Of a DNA stretch of 64,000 bases, positions 39,845 through 55,118 are shown piece after piece. Under the pieces are notes generated by a model, which saw only the letters and a list, made by a program, of their open reading frames with translations, had not been told where the DNA came from and searched no databases. Origin of the DNA: the human T2T-CHM13v2.0 reference genome, Homo sapiens; assembly GCF_009914755.1 (NCBI RefSeq), contig NC_060926.1. One strand, written 5' to 3'. Made by a program: the position numbers and the translations under genes. Numbering within the stretch: the first letter of the stretch is position 1; every line of letters starts with the position of its first letter.

Positions 39845-40252
39845 AGCTCCCGACTCGACACCACGGACCAGGCAGCACCCACTGATGGCTGGAAGACAGA
39901 GATTTCAGGCCCCCGACTCCACACCACAGGCCCGGCAGCAGCCACTGACGGCTGGAAGACAGAGATTTCAGGCCCCCGACTCCACACCATGGGCCCGGCA
40001 GCAGCCACTGACGGCTGGAAGACAGAGATTTCAGGCCCCCGACTCCACACCACACACCAGGCAGCAGCCATCGATGGCTGGAAGACAGAGATTTCAGGCC
40101 CCCGACTCCACACCCACCGATGGCTGGAAGACAGAGATTTCAGGCCTCCGACTCCACACCCACTGACGGCCGGAAGACAGAGATTTCAGGCCCCCGACTC
40201 CACACCACACACCAGGCAGCAGCCATCGATGGCTGGAAGACAGAGATTTCAG
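39845..40252. repeat. Minisatellite, 7 copies of a GGCTGGAAGACAGAGATTTCAG core with 63-bp and 46-bp units
   Basis: Core at ~39888, 39951, 40014, 40077, 40123, 40169 and 40232. Confidence 0.92.
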
Positions 40253-40989
40253 ATGGCGTGGAAGCTTGTGCTCAGACTAAGATTCCAAATGCTTCCTAAA
40301 ACTCAAGTTTATTACTGTACTGAAGAAGGAGAAGCCTTAAGAAAGATATGTATCTATCCAATGATGGTGATTATGTCATTGCTTACCAGTTGAACTTTGA
40401 GAAACCCTTTTAAAAGAGAATATAATGAATTATTTCCCCAGCTTACAAATCGTTTACAACACACAGACTTGGCAATGTGGTTAATTTCTTCCTGCTTGCA
40501 AAGCCACAGTAAAGCACGTGACAGCTTTCCACACGTGCAAGAAGTATGAAAAAGGAAACTCCGAGAATCACACCGTTCAGTCCCCAGGCTCCCTTTGATC
40601 AAATCTGCAGATGTACAAGTTCTTTATGTTGGGACCTATGGAATACTTCCAGGAACAGAATCATGTTTCTATGCTTCCTGGGAACGCTTTCTGACAGGCA
40701 AGCATGGAAGTTTGACACTGGGTAACTCAGTTATTAAAAGTCTGTGTTTACTCAGACATCTCTCACTGGGACAAACGTATAGCTCCATCAACCAAATAAC
40801 CCCGTTTAAAGTCTGACAGAAAGCAAAAGGAAGATACGGGCTGCCCATGAGGGGAATGGCTTTTTTCTCCAATTTTTTTCTTTTTTGTGGAGACTGACAT
40901 CAATAATTAACAGCCTAAGTATATGCTTCATAGAACTTGGGCACAGCTCAACAGAAACAAGCACTCTAACACTAAGAATTCACAAGCAA

Positions 40990-41314
<325 letters not shown>

Positions 41315-42070
41315 AAGAATTCACAAGCAAAACCAGGACCATTTATCAGTGTGTAGGCAGAAAAACAACGGCCCTAATCACCCAGCCCTCCATTCCTCAA
41401 AACCCTATCCTCTGGTGGGAAATGGGCCACAACCCGGGCAAGCCTGTCCTTGGGGCAGATATGGGCTGTGACGTACAGGGCATGGCTCTGCTGTGACGTC
41501 CAGGACATGGCTCCATGCTGGAGGCCTCACAGTCCTGACTCTCCATCCCACAGAGGGTTGGAGGAGCACAGGCAGGGCTCAGAATGCCCTTTTGACGGAC
41601 AGAACTCACACCAGCCCCAGGGCTCACCTGTGTCCTCTCTCGGGTTCACATGGTGTCTCCTCTCTAAGGCTGTGACAACCCAGGCCCACAGGGGCTCCCT
41701 CACTGCAGAGCTCCTCCCAGGATGCAGGTGGGAGAGCACGGCTGCATCAGCAAAGGACTTCCAGGGAAACGTTAACATATCAAACAGTCTTCTCCCTGGG
41801 TCTTCTCAGCAAGTCCAAAGATAGCCTCTGAATCATAACACATTTCTAGGTAAAATGTGCTGTCTAAAACCTGAACAGCAGTTTGGTCTCCTTTTTCTTC
41901 TACTTCTTCTCTTTCTCCTCCCCTGACCCCTGTTTATTAAACATAGAAGAAAAGTCAACTCTAGTTAAAATTCCTTACATGCAGGGTTAGTATACCTTCA
42001 GGCATAACATTTTAAAATTATTTAAACTTCAAGTTTAAATATCACAAATAGAATTTTGAAAAACTTATTC

Positions 42071-42442
42071 TGCTATGTTCTTGTTGGAAGCCCCCCACCC
42101 CGTCAAGAATTCACATGTGGAAATTCTAATCCCCAAAGTGAAAGTATTAGGAGTCAGAGCCTCCGGAAGGTAATCAGATCATGAGGGCAAAGCCTTGGCA
42201 AACAAAATCAGTGCCCTTTATCAAAGAGGCCTGAGGGAGCTCCTTCTTCCCTTCCACCACTTGAGGACACAGCAAAAAGGAGCCATCTGTGAACCACGAA
42301 GAGGGGCCTCACCAGACACCAACTTAGCCAGCGCCTTGATCGTGGACTTCCCAACCTCCAGAACTTATAACAATGAATTTCTGCTGTCTGGAAGCTACCT
42401 GGTTTATGGGATTGTGCTAAAGCAGCCCAAATGGACTAAGGC
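42071..42442 (+). mobile_element. MLT1A/MST-type MaLR solo LTR
   Basis: tgctatg...tgaggacacagcaaaaagg...ccctcaccagacacc...ggacttcccaacctccagaact...gcagcccaaatggactaagg. Confidence 0.75.
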
Positions 42443-42777
42443 GTTTTCTGAGCCATTCGCCTGGACACACCGATCTGCCTCTCTTTACCTAAAACACCCA
42501 TTTGCTTCATAAAAGGATCAACAAAAACATACTTTTGAACCACATTATTTAATGGAAATTGAACTAAAATCCTAGGGGAGATAGGAATTTCTCTTGCAAT
42601 ATAAGTAATTATCTATATTTTCTGCACTGTATATTTAGATTTTTGTATTATGACTCTTCCTAGAATAAGTTGCGCCTGTACTTTGCATTTTACTAAAGTA
42701 TTTTCTCATCATCTCCTTTCTAATAATTAATTTTAATAACATTTATATGGGGCAAGGGAGACTCTGATAACCATTCC

Positions 42778-43145
42778 TTATTTTATTTTATTTTATTTAT
42801 TTTACTTTATTTTACTTTACCGTTGCGTTGCGTTGCGTTGCATTGCATTGTATTGTATTTTTGAGATGGGGTCTTGCTCTGTCACCCAGGCTGGAGTGCA
42901 GTGGAGCGATCTGGGATCACTGCAACCTCCACCTCCTGAGTTCAAGTGATTCTCCTGCCTCAGCCTCCTGAGTACATGGGATTACAGGCAGCCATCACCG
43001 TGCCCAGCTAATTTTTGTATTTTTAGTAGGGACAGGATTTTGCCATGCTGGCCAGGGTGGTTTCAAACTCCTAACCTCAGGTGATCCACCCGCCTTGGCC
43101 TCCCAAAATGTTGAGATTATAGGCATAAGCCACCATGCCCAGCCT
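42778..43145 (-). mobile_element. Alu with a compound pentanucleotide tail (TTTTA/TTTAC/TTGCG/TTGCA/TTGTA)
   Basis: Alu antisense body 42862-43145; tail 42778-42861. Confidence 0.93.
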
Positions 43146-43409
43146 CATTCCCCATTTTAAATGGAGACTTTAAACAAACTTGAAAGAAGACATTTTTCTA
43201 TTCTCCTGTAATAACACAAGTTGTTCTTTTCCTGCACAAACTAAGGGATGTTAGGCATCATTCTGAGCTCCTTTGGAAAGCTAATAGACAACTCTGCTCA
43301 GGAGCCAGTAACCAGGAAAGCATGCCAGTGTGAGGCACTTCACACCTAAGCGCATCTAGGCTGGCTAAAGCCAACCAGCACTGATGTAAATCTTTCTTAC
43401 AAGAATCTG

Positions 43410-43730
43410 GGCCAGGTGCGGTGGCTCACACCTGTAATCTCAGTGTTTGGGAGGCCGAAGTGGGAGGACTGCTTGCGCCCAGCAGTTTGAGACTAGCCTG
43501 AGCAATGTAGGGAGACCTCATCTCTGCCTAAAATTTAGAAATTAAGACCTCATCTCTACATAAAATTTAAAAATTAGCCAGGCATGGTGGTACATGCCTA
43601 TGGTCCCAGCTTTGCAGGAGGTTGAGATGGGAGGATCACGTGAGCCTGGAAGGCCGAGGCTGTGGTTGAGCCGTGATCACACCACTGCACTCCAGCCTGA
43701 GTGACAAAGCCAGACCCCGTCTCAAAAAAA
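43410..43730 (+). mobile_element. AluJ-like element with an internal ~32-bp tandem duplication at the linker
   Basis: agacctcatctct..taaaattta.aaatta occurs twice (43513-43576). TSD-like aagaatct / aagaacct. Confidence 0.9.
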
Positions 43731-44371
43731 GAACCTAATAAATCTTCAGTGGCAATACTGCCATAATCACAGACAATTCCCTACTCTCCTTAATAGCAGA
43801 ATCATATCATAGGGTCTCTGAGACTTTCGAGCACATTTTCTTACTACTTATCCTCAAACACAACATTTACAAAATGGGAAGGATAGCTATCAGTTCACTC
43901 CTCTTTGTAACATTTAACCTGAGCCAATTTCCACTGTTCTGTCATACTAAACTAAAATGAGGAAAAATGAAGAGAGCTGAAGCCAAATCCTGCTTTTTGA
44001 ACAAAATGCCCCCTATGCCTGGCGGAGCCACACACACTGCTTTCCTTCCCCCTGCCTCAATACCGCCTTCTGTGCCCTTTTCTTTTCTTCTGATAATAAT
44101 CTTAACACGTACACCCTGCTTTCCCAGGTAATGCTAAATGCTCTCAGCCTGTCTGGCATTTCACTGTGATATTTACCTCCATCTACACTGAGGGGATTGT
44201 CTTCCCCCAGAAACTGGCTCAGATGGCACACAGAGATCAGCTAGCCACCATGCAGGTGACGGGCACTTGGACATGTCAGAGAAACACACAGCGTGTGGAG
44301 TGCAGCCTTGCTCAGCTCCAGCCCACAGGACTCCTCCCTGTAGCCTCCTCCCTGCCGGGGTGGTAGCCATG

Positions 44372-44772
44372 GGAGGGAGAGAGGAAGAGAGGGAGGAAGG
44401 GAGGGAGAAAGGGAGAAACGGAGGGAGGGAGGGAGGCAGGGAGGGAGGGAGGGAGGAAGGGAGGGAAGGAGGAAGGGAGGGAAGGAGGAAGGGAGGGAAG
44501 GAGGGAGGGAGGGAGGGAGGGAGGGAGGGAAGGAGGGAGAGAGGGAGGGAGAGAGGGAAGGATGAAGGGAGGGAGAGAGGGAGGGAGACAGGGAGAGAGG
44601 GGAAGGAGGGAGGGAGGGAGGGAGAGAGCGAGGGAGGGAGAGAGCGAGGGAGGGAGAGAGCGAGGGAGGGAGAGAGCGAGGGAGGGAGAGAGGGAGGGAG
44701 AGAGGGAGGGAGAGAGGGAGGGAGAGAGGGAGGGAGAGAGGGAGGGAGAGAGGGAGGGAGAGAGGGAGGGAG
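44372..44772. repeat. ~400-bp polypurine tract (GGGA / GGGAGGGAGAGA units)
   Basis: Almost exclusively G and A on the + strand. Confidence 0.97.
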
Positions 44773-45826
44773 CTGCCACTGTCATTCACTTCACTCCCAT
44801 CCCTCAAAAGCTTCTTATTATGGATTCTAGTAACTTTGCCTTTAAAGGAGATTTTCATCATCCAAGAAACAAGGCGATTTCTAGGACGACTCTTGATATA
44901 CCACTTGGGAAACGGAGCACAACAAGAATGCGCCGAGGTTTCCATTATTTTGACGTTGCTTCCACTAGCCAGCAGGGAGCATTAATCTACAGTGAAGGTG
45001 CATAACTCTTGAACAGCTGGAGAGCCTCTTTATCATCAAAGGGCGATGGAAAACCATAAAATTACCCTGTTGTGGCTAATCAGCCATCGAACCAATGGTG
45101 ATGATGATGCATTGTGGAGACACCACATCCCAACTTCACAGCAAGCCGACACAAGAGAACAGTACTTGCAGAAGATAATTACCTCCTTCCTGCTCTTACC
45201 TGCAGAGTTCCAGGAAACCTCCCCTTTATCAGGGCTCCGAAGGGCACTGGTGTAAACATGAGCTGGGTAGGTGCAAAGTGCTGGGAAGCATTAGAGGATG
45301 TGGTGGGTCCACAGTCAATTGCTCATTATTCACTATCAATATGTACACTCTACATATTGATAAGATGCATTTAGCTATCAGTTTAATCATTGACTCAGGG
45401 AGAAACCTAATCCTTTAATAGAAGAATAACCATATACAATATTTTTAAAAGGTGTCCTAAAGAAACCTTTCTTATCTACTCTTGGAAAGTAAAAATTTGT
45501 TATCAATTATAAGGGTGACGTTGGTATTCATCTCATTTAGCCTCAATTTCTGTAACAGTCAAAGGGTAGAATTTTATTAATTCTTCTTATTTATCTATAG
45601 CCCATCTTTTCCAGAAAGAATTTAAGGGAGCGACATAGTCGAGATGTTTGTCCCCTCCACATGTCATGTTGCAATGTGATCCCCAGTGCTGGAGGTGGGG
45701 CCTGGTGGGAGGTATTGGGGCATGGGGGCGGATCCCTCATGAATAGCCTAGCAGCATCCTCTTGGTGGTGAGTGAGTTCTCGCTCAGTTAGTTCATACAC
45801 AATCTGGATGTTTAAAAGAGTCTGGG

Positions 45827-46459
<633 letters not shown>

Positions 46460-49400
46460 AAAGAGTCTGGGACTTCCCCATTCTCTCTCTTGCTCCTATT
46501 CTCACCATGTGATGCACTGGGCCCCTTTCACCTTCCACAATGATTGTAAGTTTCCTAAAGAATCACCAGGAACAGATGCTGCTGCCATGCTTCCTGTACA
46601 GCCTGTGGAACTGTGAGCCAAATAAACCTCTTTTTTTATAAATTACTCAGTCTCATGTATTTCCCTATAGCAATACAAAAATGGACTAACACATTAAATA
46701 GGTACTGAGGAGGGGAGCATTGCTACGAAGATGCTTGAAAATGTGGAGCAGCTTTGAGACTGGGTAACGAGCGGAGGTTGAAGGAATTTGGAGGGCTCAG
46801 AAAAAGAAAGCAAGATGAGAAAAAGTTTGGAATTTCTTAGAGACTTATTGAGTGATTGTAGCCAAAATGCTTATAGAAATATGGACAGTGAAGGCCTGAT
46901 GAGGTCTCAGATGGAAATGAGGAAGCTATTTGAAACTGGAGCAAAGGTCACCCTTGTTAATGCCTTAGCAAAGAGCTTGGCTGCATTGTGTCCATTCCCT
47001 GGGAATCTGTGGAAGTTTGAACTTAAAAGAAATGACCTAGAGTATCTGGCAGAAGACATTTCTCAGAAGCAACGTATTCAAGAGGTAGCCTGGCTGCTTC
47101 TAACAGCCTACAATCAGATACAGGAGCAAATAAATGACTTAAAGTTGGTATTTATGTTTAGAAGGGAATCAAAGCATAATGTTTGGAAAAGTCACAACCT
47201 GGCCATGTAGAAAAGAAGCAAAGAGGATTTTCAGGGGAAGAATCCAAGAGGGCTGTGGAGCAACCACTTACTAGAGAGATTTGCATGACTAAAAAGGAAC
47301 CAAGCACTAATAGTCAAGACAATGGGAAAAAGGCCTTGAAGACATCTCAGGCATCTTGGGAGGGGGAAAGCCCCTCCCATCCAAGGTCCAAAGGCCCAGG
47401 AGGAAATAATGGTTTCCAAGGCCAGGCCCGGGGCCCCACTTCCTTGTGCAGCCTCAGGACACTGCTCCCTGCATCTAGCTCCAGTCATGGCTCAAAGGGG
47501 CCATAGGTACAGTTCCGGCAGGTGCAAGCTATATGCCCTGGCAACTTCCACATGGTGCTAAGTCTGTGGGTACATAGAATGCAGGAGTGAAAGAAGCTTG
47601 GCAGCTTCCCCTAGATTTCATGGGATACATGGGAAAGCCTGGGTGCCCAGGCAGAAGACTGCCACAGGGGTGGAGCCACTGCAGAGAGACTGCACTAGGG
47701 TAATGCTTAGGGGAAATGTGAGGTTGAAGTCCCCACAGAGTCCCCATTAGGACACTGCCTAGTGGAGCTGTAGGAAGGAACCTTCTGCCCTCCAGGCCCA
47801 AGAATGGTAGAGCCAGAAGCAGCTTGCATCCTGAGCCTGGAAAAACCAAAAGCACTTGACTCCAACCCATGCAGGCAGCCATGGGGACAGCTGGCCAGGG
47901 TTTTGGGAGCCCAATCCTCACACCAGTGTGCCCTGGACGTAGGACATGGAGTCAGTGTTGGAGCTTTAACATTTAATACCTTTCCTGCCAGGTTTCAGAC
48001 GTGCATGGGGCCTGCTGCCCCTCTGTTTTGGCTGATTTCTTCCTTTTGGAATGAAAATGTTTACCTAATGCCTGCACCCCCATTGTAATTTGAAAGTAAA
48101 TAACTTGATTTTCATTTTACAGCCCATACCTTGAGTCTCAAATGAGACTTTGGATTTTTGAGTTGGGGCTGGAACAAGTTAAGACCTTGGGGGACTACTG
48201 GAAAGAGATGATTGAATTTTGTGATGTGAGAAGGACATGAGCTCTTTGAGGGCAGAAGCAGAATGGTATGGTTTGAATGTTAGTCCCCTCCAAATCTCAT
48301 GTGGAAATGTGATCCCAATGTTGGAGGCATGGCCTAGTGGGAGGTACTGGACCACAGGGGCGGATCCCTCATGAAAGGCTGAGCACCCGTCCCTTGGTGA
48401 TGACTGAGTCTTCTCGCTCAGTTAGTTCCCACAAGATTCGCTTGTTTAAAAGAGTCTGGCAGCTGCTTCTTTCTCCTAACAAGTGATGTCCTGGCTCCCC
48501 CTTCACCTTCCACGATGGTTGTAAGTTTCCTAAAGCCTCACCAAGAGCAGATGCTGGTACCATGCTTATATAGCCTGCAGAACCCTGAGCCAAATAAACC
48601 TCTTTTTTTTTTTAATAAATTATCCAGTCTCAGTATTCCTTTATAGCAATGCAAACAGACTAACAGAGGCAGCTAACACACATAAAATAAAATATAACAG
48701 TGTGAGATATACTGAAAAATAGTTAAAACATTACACTAGATGGGCATAATTTGATAAAAGCACCCCCAAGGGAGTGTTCAGTTCAATTCCACCCAGGCGG
48801 CCAGCGGTCTGCTGAACTGACTTCATCCACAGAGGGAACTCATCTGAATGATTTCCAAAGTCCTTTTCAGCGAGAAGACTGCGGCCGTGCCCTCTGTAAG
48901 TTCCTACTCCTGAGGCAGGCTGCCTTGGCTGGAGTAGCAGGGGTGTCAGCCACTGTGAGGCTAAAGGGAAGGTGGGAAGAGGGTCTGTAATTTATTTTTG
49001 ATTCATTAAAAACAAAGTGATGTGGCACTGAGCAACAGTCAATAAATGTAGACTCTGCATCTAATAAACAAATAAATAAATGTCCTCTACATCTAATAAA
49101 CGTAGAACTGGAAAGAATCCGAGGCCCCACAACCACCCCCACTCCACACACAAGGGAACAAGGCCTCAACAGAAATGACTTGCCCAAAGTTGGAACACTA
49201 CAAATAACTACCTGTAAATCTGAAACGAGAGCCCGCCACCCTAGGTCTGCTGCCTTGAAGTCCACCATCTCTCCCACAAGTCACTATAGCTGACGAAGAA
49301 GCAAACCAGAGGTAGAGAGGGGAAAGCAGGTTTAAAAAGAAGGGCATTTTGTTATTTTCAAAATGCTTAATTCCCATATACAGCATACTTTATTAATGTT

Positions 49401-49969
49401 TATCAACCAAAAGGACCAGCTAGAAATACTGAAACATCCTCAACGCTTACTGTCATGAAGATACATTTATATTCCCAGGAACAGAGACAATTTCATAATC
49501 ACACTGTGAGGAACACAAATGGCTCCTTCTGTTCATTCAACAGGGAGGTGATCCCAGTGTTTCTGGAGTTCTGGGGCGAGACTTCTGGCTATGAATCCTG
49601 AATACTCCCTCTGTAGGAGTGAGTAATTCCAGATACCTTTACCTTAATCTCTTGGGGCCATGGGAAAGGACAGTCCCTACTTTACAGGATTTGCATGAGT
49701 GAGGTAATGCATGCAAAGCCCTAGCAAAGGGGCCTCGTTCACAGAACGGTTCAATACGATATGGTTGTTGCAAAGCATTCATTTTCTCACTCAAATACGC
49801 GGAGTGTCCGCCCTGTGCTGTCCTTGGTGCTGAGGACACAGCCTCGGACCTGACAAAGTCAGCAGCTTCTGCAGAGGCTCAGCGTCCACAGAGAACACCA
49901 CACGTGAGTGAGAACAGAGACGGGAGTACTGAGCAGCGGCAACTCCTACGAAGATAAAACGGCAAAACG

Positions 49970-50365
<396 letters not shown>

Positions 50366-50543
50366 CTAAGTGGGGCTGGTGATGGGGCAGGTCCTCTAAG
50401 GCCAGCTCAGGGGCTCCATCCCTGCCGGGCAGAGCTGCAGAGCACCAGGGCTGGCGGGGACCTGAGGGGCCCTTACAGGAACCCCGGCACTGCCTTGTTT
50501 TTAGGATCTTCCTTAGCAAATATAGTAAGGGACACATTTCCAC

Positions 50544-51124
50544 TGTAAATCAGAAATAAAAAACTCTAAGAACCCCACCCATCTGAACGGACTTTCTCCC
50601 CAGCCAGGGCTCTTTTAAAATTTAACCTCAAAGGCTGTTTTAGGCCATGATGGGAAGTGGGGATCGGACGTGCCTCATTCTACCTCTCTGGCATCAACAT
50701 CGACACAGGCTTTAAGTCTGATAGGAAACATTTTATAGCCTGTTCTCTCGGAAGCTGCCACCTGAAGTTTCCTCTGCAATAAGAACTTGAGTCTCCACGG
50801 TCCTTTTTCCTAACCCAGGCATCCCTTTCAGTTGATCTCAGGTCTTTAGACAAATTCAACCAATTGTTAACCAGAAAATGTTTAAATTTACCTACAGTCT
50901 GGAAGCCTCCTGCTTCGAGTTGTCCCCCCTTTCTGGACCAAACCCATGTATTTCTTAAATGTATTTGATTGATGTCTCATGACTCCCTAAAACGTATAAA
51001 ACCAAGCTGCGCCCCGACCACCTTGGGCACATGTTCCCAGGACCCCCTGAGGGCCGTGGTCACTCATATTCAGCTCAGAATAAATCTCTTCAAATATTTT
51101 ACAGAACTGGACTCTTGGTGGACA
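50544..51124 (+). mobile_element. MER4-family ERV1 solo LTR
   Basis: TG...CA ends (tgtaaatcagaaataaaa...agaataaatctcttcaaatattttacaga...ggaca). TSD-like CCAC / CCAT. tataaa at ~50995 and aataaa at ~51079. Confidence 0.82.
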
Positions 51125-51859
51125 CCATGTAGAGGCCCTGCCACACAACCATCAGCTGAGCAACGTCATCGCCGTTTCAGGGATGAAGGTTTGAGCTAGA
51201 GAAATGAGTGACTTCCTAAAGACCCTACTGCTCCCGAGGAGTGGGTGAGGACGAGAAACCGGACTCAGTACTTCCCAGCTAGTCTCTGTCTGCTTCCATA
51301 GGCTGCCTGGCTCTGGAGCATGTCTGATTAGTGTTCTGGGGGGCACACTGGGTCATAAGGCTCTATAAGTTCCTTCCTTAGCCTTCGCTGTTCCCACTAG
51401 CAGGAGCTAAAGGCGACTGGTGGGGTGCCCTGTTCAGCCTCTGCTTGTTGGAGTGCTGAGACAGACACAGGAGGGGTGATGGAAATTAGGACATCAGATT
51501 GCTCCAGACAGGCAAAAGCTGAAATGGCCAGGAGGACAGGAGCCCCTAACACCATTTCCTGCGGTGTGGGGCATGCCTCTAGTCTGCAGGGAGCACCCAT
51601 GGCAGGCGTGATGGCAGCTGGAGTGGTAGCGACGTGAGTGTGGGGAACCGTGTGGCATTCTCGGGCACTCCCAGGTGGCCAGAAGCTTTGTGCAGTAAAC
51701 ATCTCCTGGAGCTGTTCTTGGTGCCAATTATATGCCAAAAGGAGGCAAACAAAACCACCACCAAGCACCTGGAGCCTGACCCCAAAGGGCAGCCTTCACC
51801 TGTGCCGTATTCACCAGACCGACGTTCCCCCAAATCAAATTCCCTATCTAATCATAACA

Positions 51860-52695
51860 CTTTCACACCATGGAAGACACTTAAAAGAACACGCATGATG
51901 ACACCAAATGCTGGGGAGGACGCAGAGAGGAGGAGCCCTCACGCTCTGTCATGGCATCACACGTGCAGCAGCTCCACACAAAACTAACTGAGCCGAGAGA
52001 AATAAAACTTCCTGTTCATACAAAAACCTGTTCATTAATACTTACCGCAACTGTAGTCATAATCGCCAAAAACAAGGAAAAACCCAGATGAGCTTCAACA
52101 GGCAAGTGCTTAACAAACCGTGGTGCGTCATGCCATGGAATATCCCGCCGCAGCAAAGAGGAACCAGCCACTGACCAGCACGCATGGTGGCTGGAACCCA
52201 AACTTGAAAATGAAGCAGCAACTCAACCTCCAGGGAATCAAGCCGAGTAAAGAACATCAGTTATTAAAGGTTACACTGTGGGTGATTCCATTTATAGAAC
52301 CTTCTCCAAATAACAATACAGAGATAGAGTACAGATTCGGGGTGGCCAGGGGCTAAGGCCTTGGAGGCGGAAGGGAGGTGGCTGTGGTTATAAATATAAC
52401 ATAGCACAAGGGACCCAGGGTTGGAGTTGTTCTGTGTCTTGACTCTGGTGGTGGCTACACGAACCCACACACACAATAAATGGCACAGATGTCAATGTTC
52501 ACACACGAATGCATATAAACAGGAGGAATCTGTGTAAGTTCAGTGGGCTGTATCAATGCCAGTTTCCTGTTTGTGATACAGTACCATAGTTATGCAGTGT
52601 TACTATTGGGGAAAACTGGCTGAAGGATACACGGGATCTCTCTGTTACTCCTATAACTATATGTGAATGTACAACCTCAAAATAAAAAGCTTAAG
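51860..52695 (+). mobile_element. Degraded L1MD/L1MC-type 3' fragment
   Basis: 'caccaaatgctggggagga...gtcataatcgccaaaaac...tattggggaaaactggctgaaggatacacgggatctctctg...ctcaaaataaaaag'. Confidence 0.65.
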
Positions 52696-52845
52696 AGAAA
52701 AAAGAATATGCAATAATATATTGGATAACAAAATGGAATTCAAGCAATACTTTGAACAACAGAGGCAAAATCAGAGCAAATGGCATTCCAAGGTAGATCT
52801 GAGGATAGTTGAATTTGCCTGTTTAATATCAACAATTACTTTCTT

Positions 52846-53186
<341 letters not shown>

Positions 53187-54961
53187 TAACATTACAATCT
53201 AATAATCAGTTCCCCATGACACACACCCATGTGGCCTGTCTTTGCATACAGTGTCTGCACAAGGTGGGAAGTTGAGAAGCAGTCTGACAGCTCCTTGTCC
53301 CCAGGCAGGGCCAAGGTCCCTTTTCTGAGCTCACCTGTCTCTGCACATCCCAGCAGGACTGCCATCCGCTACACATGCTAACCTCCCTAACGTGACCACT
53401 GACCTGCGCAGAGTCTCACTCATCTGCTCCCTGGTGCCGGTGTCTCCTGCAACGTGTACACACATTAACACATACACAAATGTGCACACATACATGTGTG
53501 CACAGAGACACAAGCACAAATGTGTGCACATGTGCATCACACACATGCGCACAAATGTCTATTTGCTGGGGATGTGGCAATCATTTGAAATGTGGAACTC
53601 CTAACAGTGCTGTGTGGTTTGCACAGAGATCCTGCATTCGGGCGGGGAGTGACAGCAGTGGCAATCACTCCTGGGGACTTTGGGACTCTTCATCTGCCTC
53701 CCCTTACTGTGCAAGACTGGCTGTGATTTTAATACTCAGAGCATCTCCGTAAGAAGAAATATCCACCGACGTGGTAGAAGCACAGCAAGTATAAAAATAA
53801 TTCCACCACAAACTGATACACAGAGAGCATCCGGAGCCACAGACTGCCTGACCCTCAGCACTGCTCTCCTCCATACCTGACGAGGGAAACCTGAGTCGGT
53901 CCTCAGTCCCCGTTCCAAACTCCACCTCGTAAGCGAATCCCTCTTCAATTCCTCTAATAACAATTAATGGCTGCTCCTTCCGGGGCCACAGCGTACAGTT
54001 CGTAATGATTTCGGGGTACGCCACGGCTGGCCCAGCCACAGTTAGTTGTGTACACCCTGGGTCTCCCCGTGGAGATCATGACTCTCGGAGGCCGGGCCCT
54101 CTAACTTGTCACCTTGGTGTCCCTGGAGCCTGGCAGGGTTTCTGTAGCAGGTATTTAATAAGTATTTGTTGTATTAAATTTATTTAATTGGTAGAACTGA
54201 CGAGACAGAAGTCACTGTACAAACGATTTGTCTCTTGCAGACACACACGCACATGTGTATGTGTTAATGCATTAAGTAAAACAATCACTATCGTTATTGT
54301 AAACACTCATAACAACAGTATGCCCCCGCAATCTCCTTTAGAAAATACGGCTTCTTAATTTTTACCAAGGCCTCAGGGCCTTCAGAGAGCAGCTGTGACT
54401 GCCGTGGAGAGGTCCCTGGGAATGACCAGTGGGTGCACACAGCCAGGCCTCCAAGCTCATGAAGCAGCGACTGGCCAGGGAGCCACGTGAATGACACACC
54501 ACATGCCGGACACGGGCGGGCTTGGGCACGCAGCCCCACAGGCACACCACGCATTCATGCTTTGTCCACGGGAGGAAGGGATTGTAAGCCTCAACCTGAA
54601 GTGGTAAATAATTGCCATGTGAGTGTGAATAAGTGCATGCTGACCAAGCTGAAAAGCCACACAGCGCTCGAGGGCAGTGCAGTGCCTGACCCTTTACCCT
54701 CTGGCAGGTCCCCACGGGCAACACTCCTCTTAGATGAAGAGGAGAAAGTGGGGATGCAGGCGCGCTGGCTACATTTCTGTCAATGCGGCTAATCTAGAAA
54801 ACACAGGGACTAAAATTAAAAATCAAATTCTCGCAGCTTTTTAAAAGAAAGGAGCGTTTCCGAGGTGTGGACGGTGGCTCCTGCAAAGGAATCTGCACAA
54901 GCTCCTGCACCTGGCCAACCTGCAGGCTCGTTCTGGGCGCATGAAATATGCAAAATCCTAC

Positions 54962-55118
54962 CAGGCCATGTTGCCATGGGCTGTGTTGTCAAGGTGACAG
55001 AGCAGCTCCAGGGTCTGTGCAGTGCTGGATGAATCATCAGGGGACTCGTGGCTGCCTGATTCCAATTCCTTCGGCATCCTCCACACGGCTGCACATGTCA
55101 GGACTTTGCTGTCTGAAG
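54962..55118 (-). CDS. EIPR1: EIPR1 internal coding exon, 157 nt (probably exon 4): (T)[51 protein letters not shown](C)
   Basis: Lies within ORF 54958..55191(-). Acceptor ...ctctgttgctcag|CTTCAGAC; donor ATGGCCTG|gtagga. Ends in phase 2 (TG). Exon number is from recall. Confidence 0.95.

Noticed and set aside
44241-45005. ORFs of 147-234 aa rich in SLPP or GGRE
   Set aside because: They are translations of the GGGA low-complexity tract.
53455-53560. Quasi-palindromic CA/TG-rich stretch resembling a hairpin RNA
   Set aside because: Low-complexity alternating sequence is self-complementary by composition, and there is no ncRNA hallmark.
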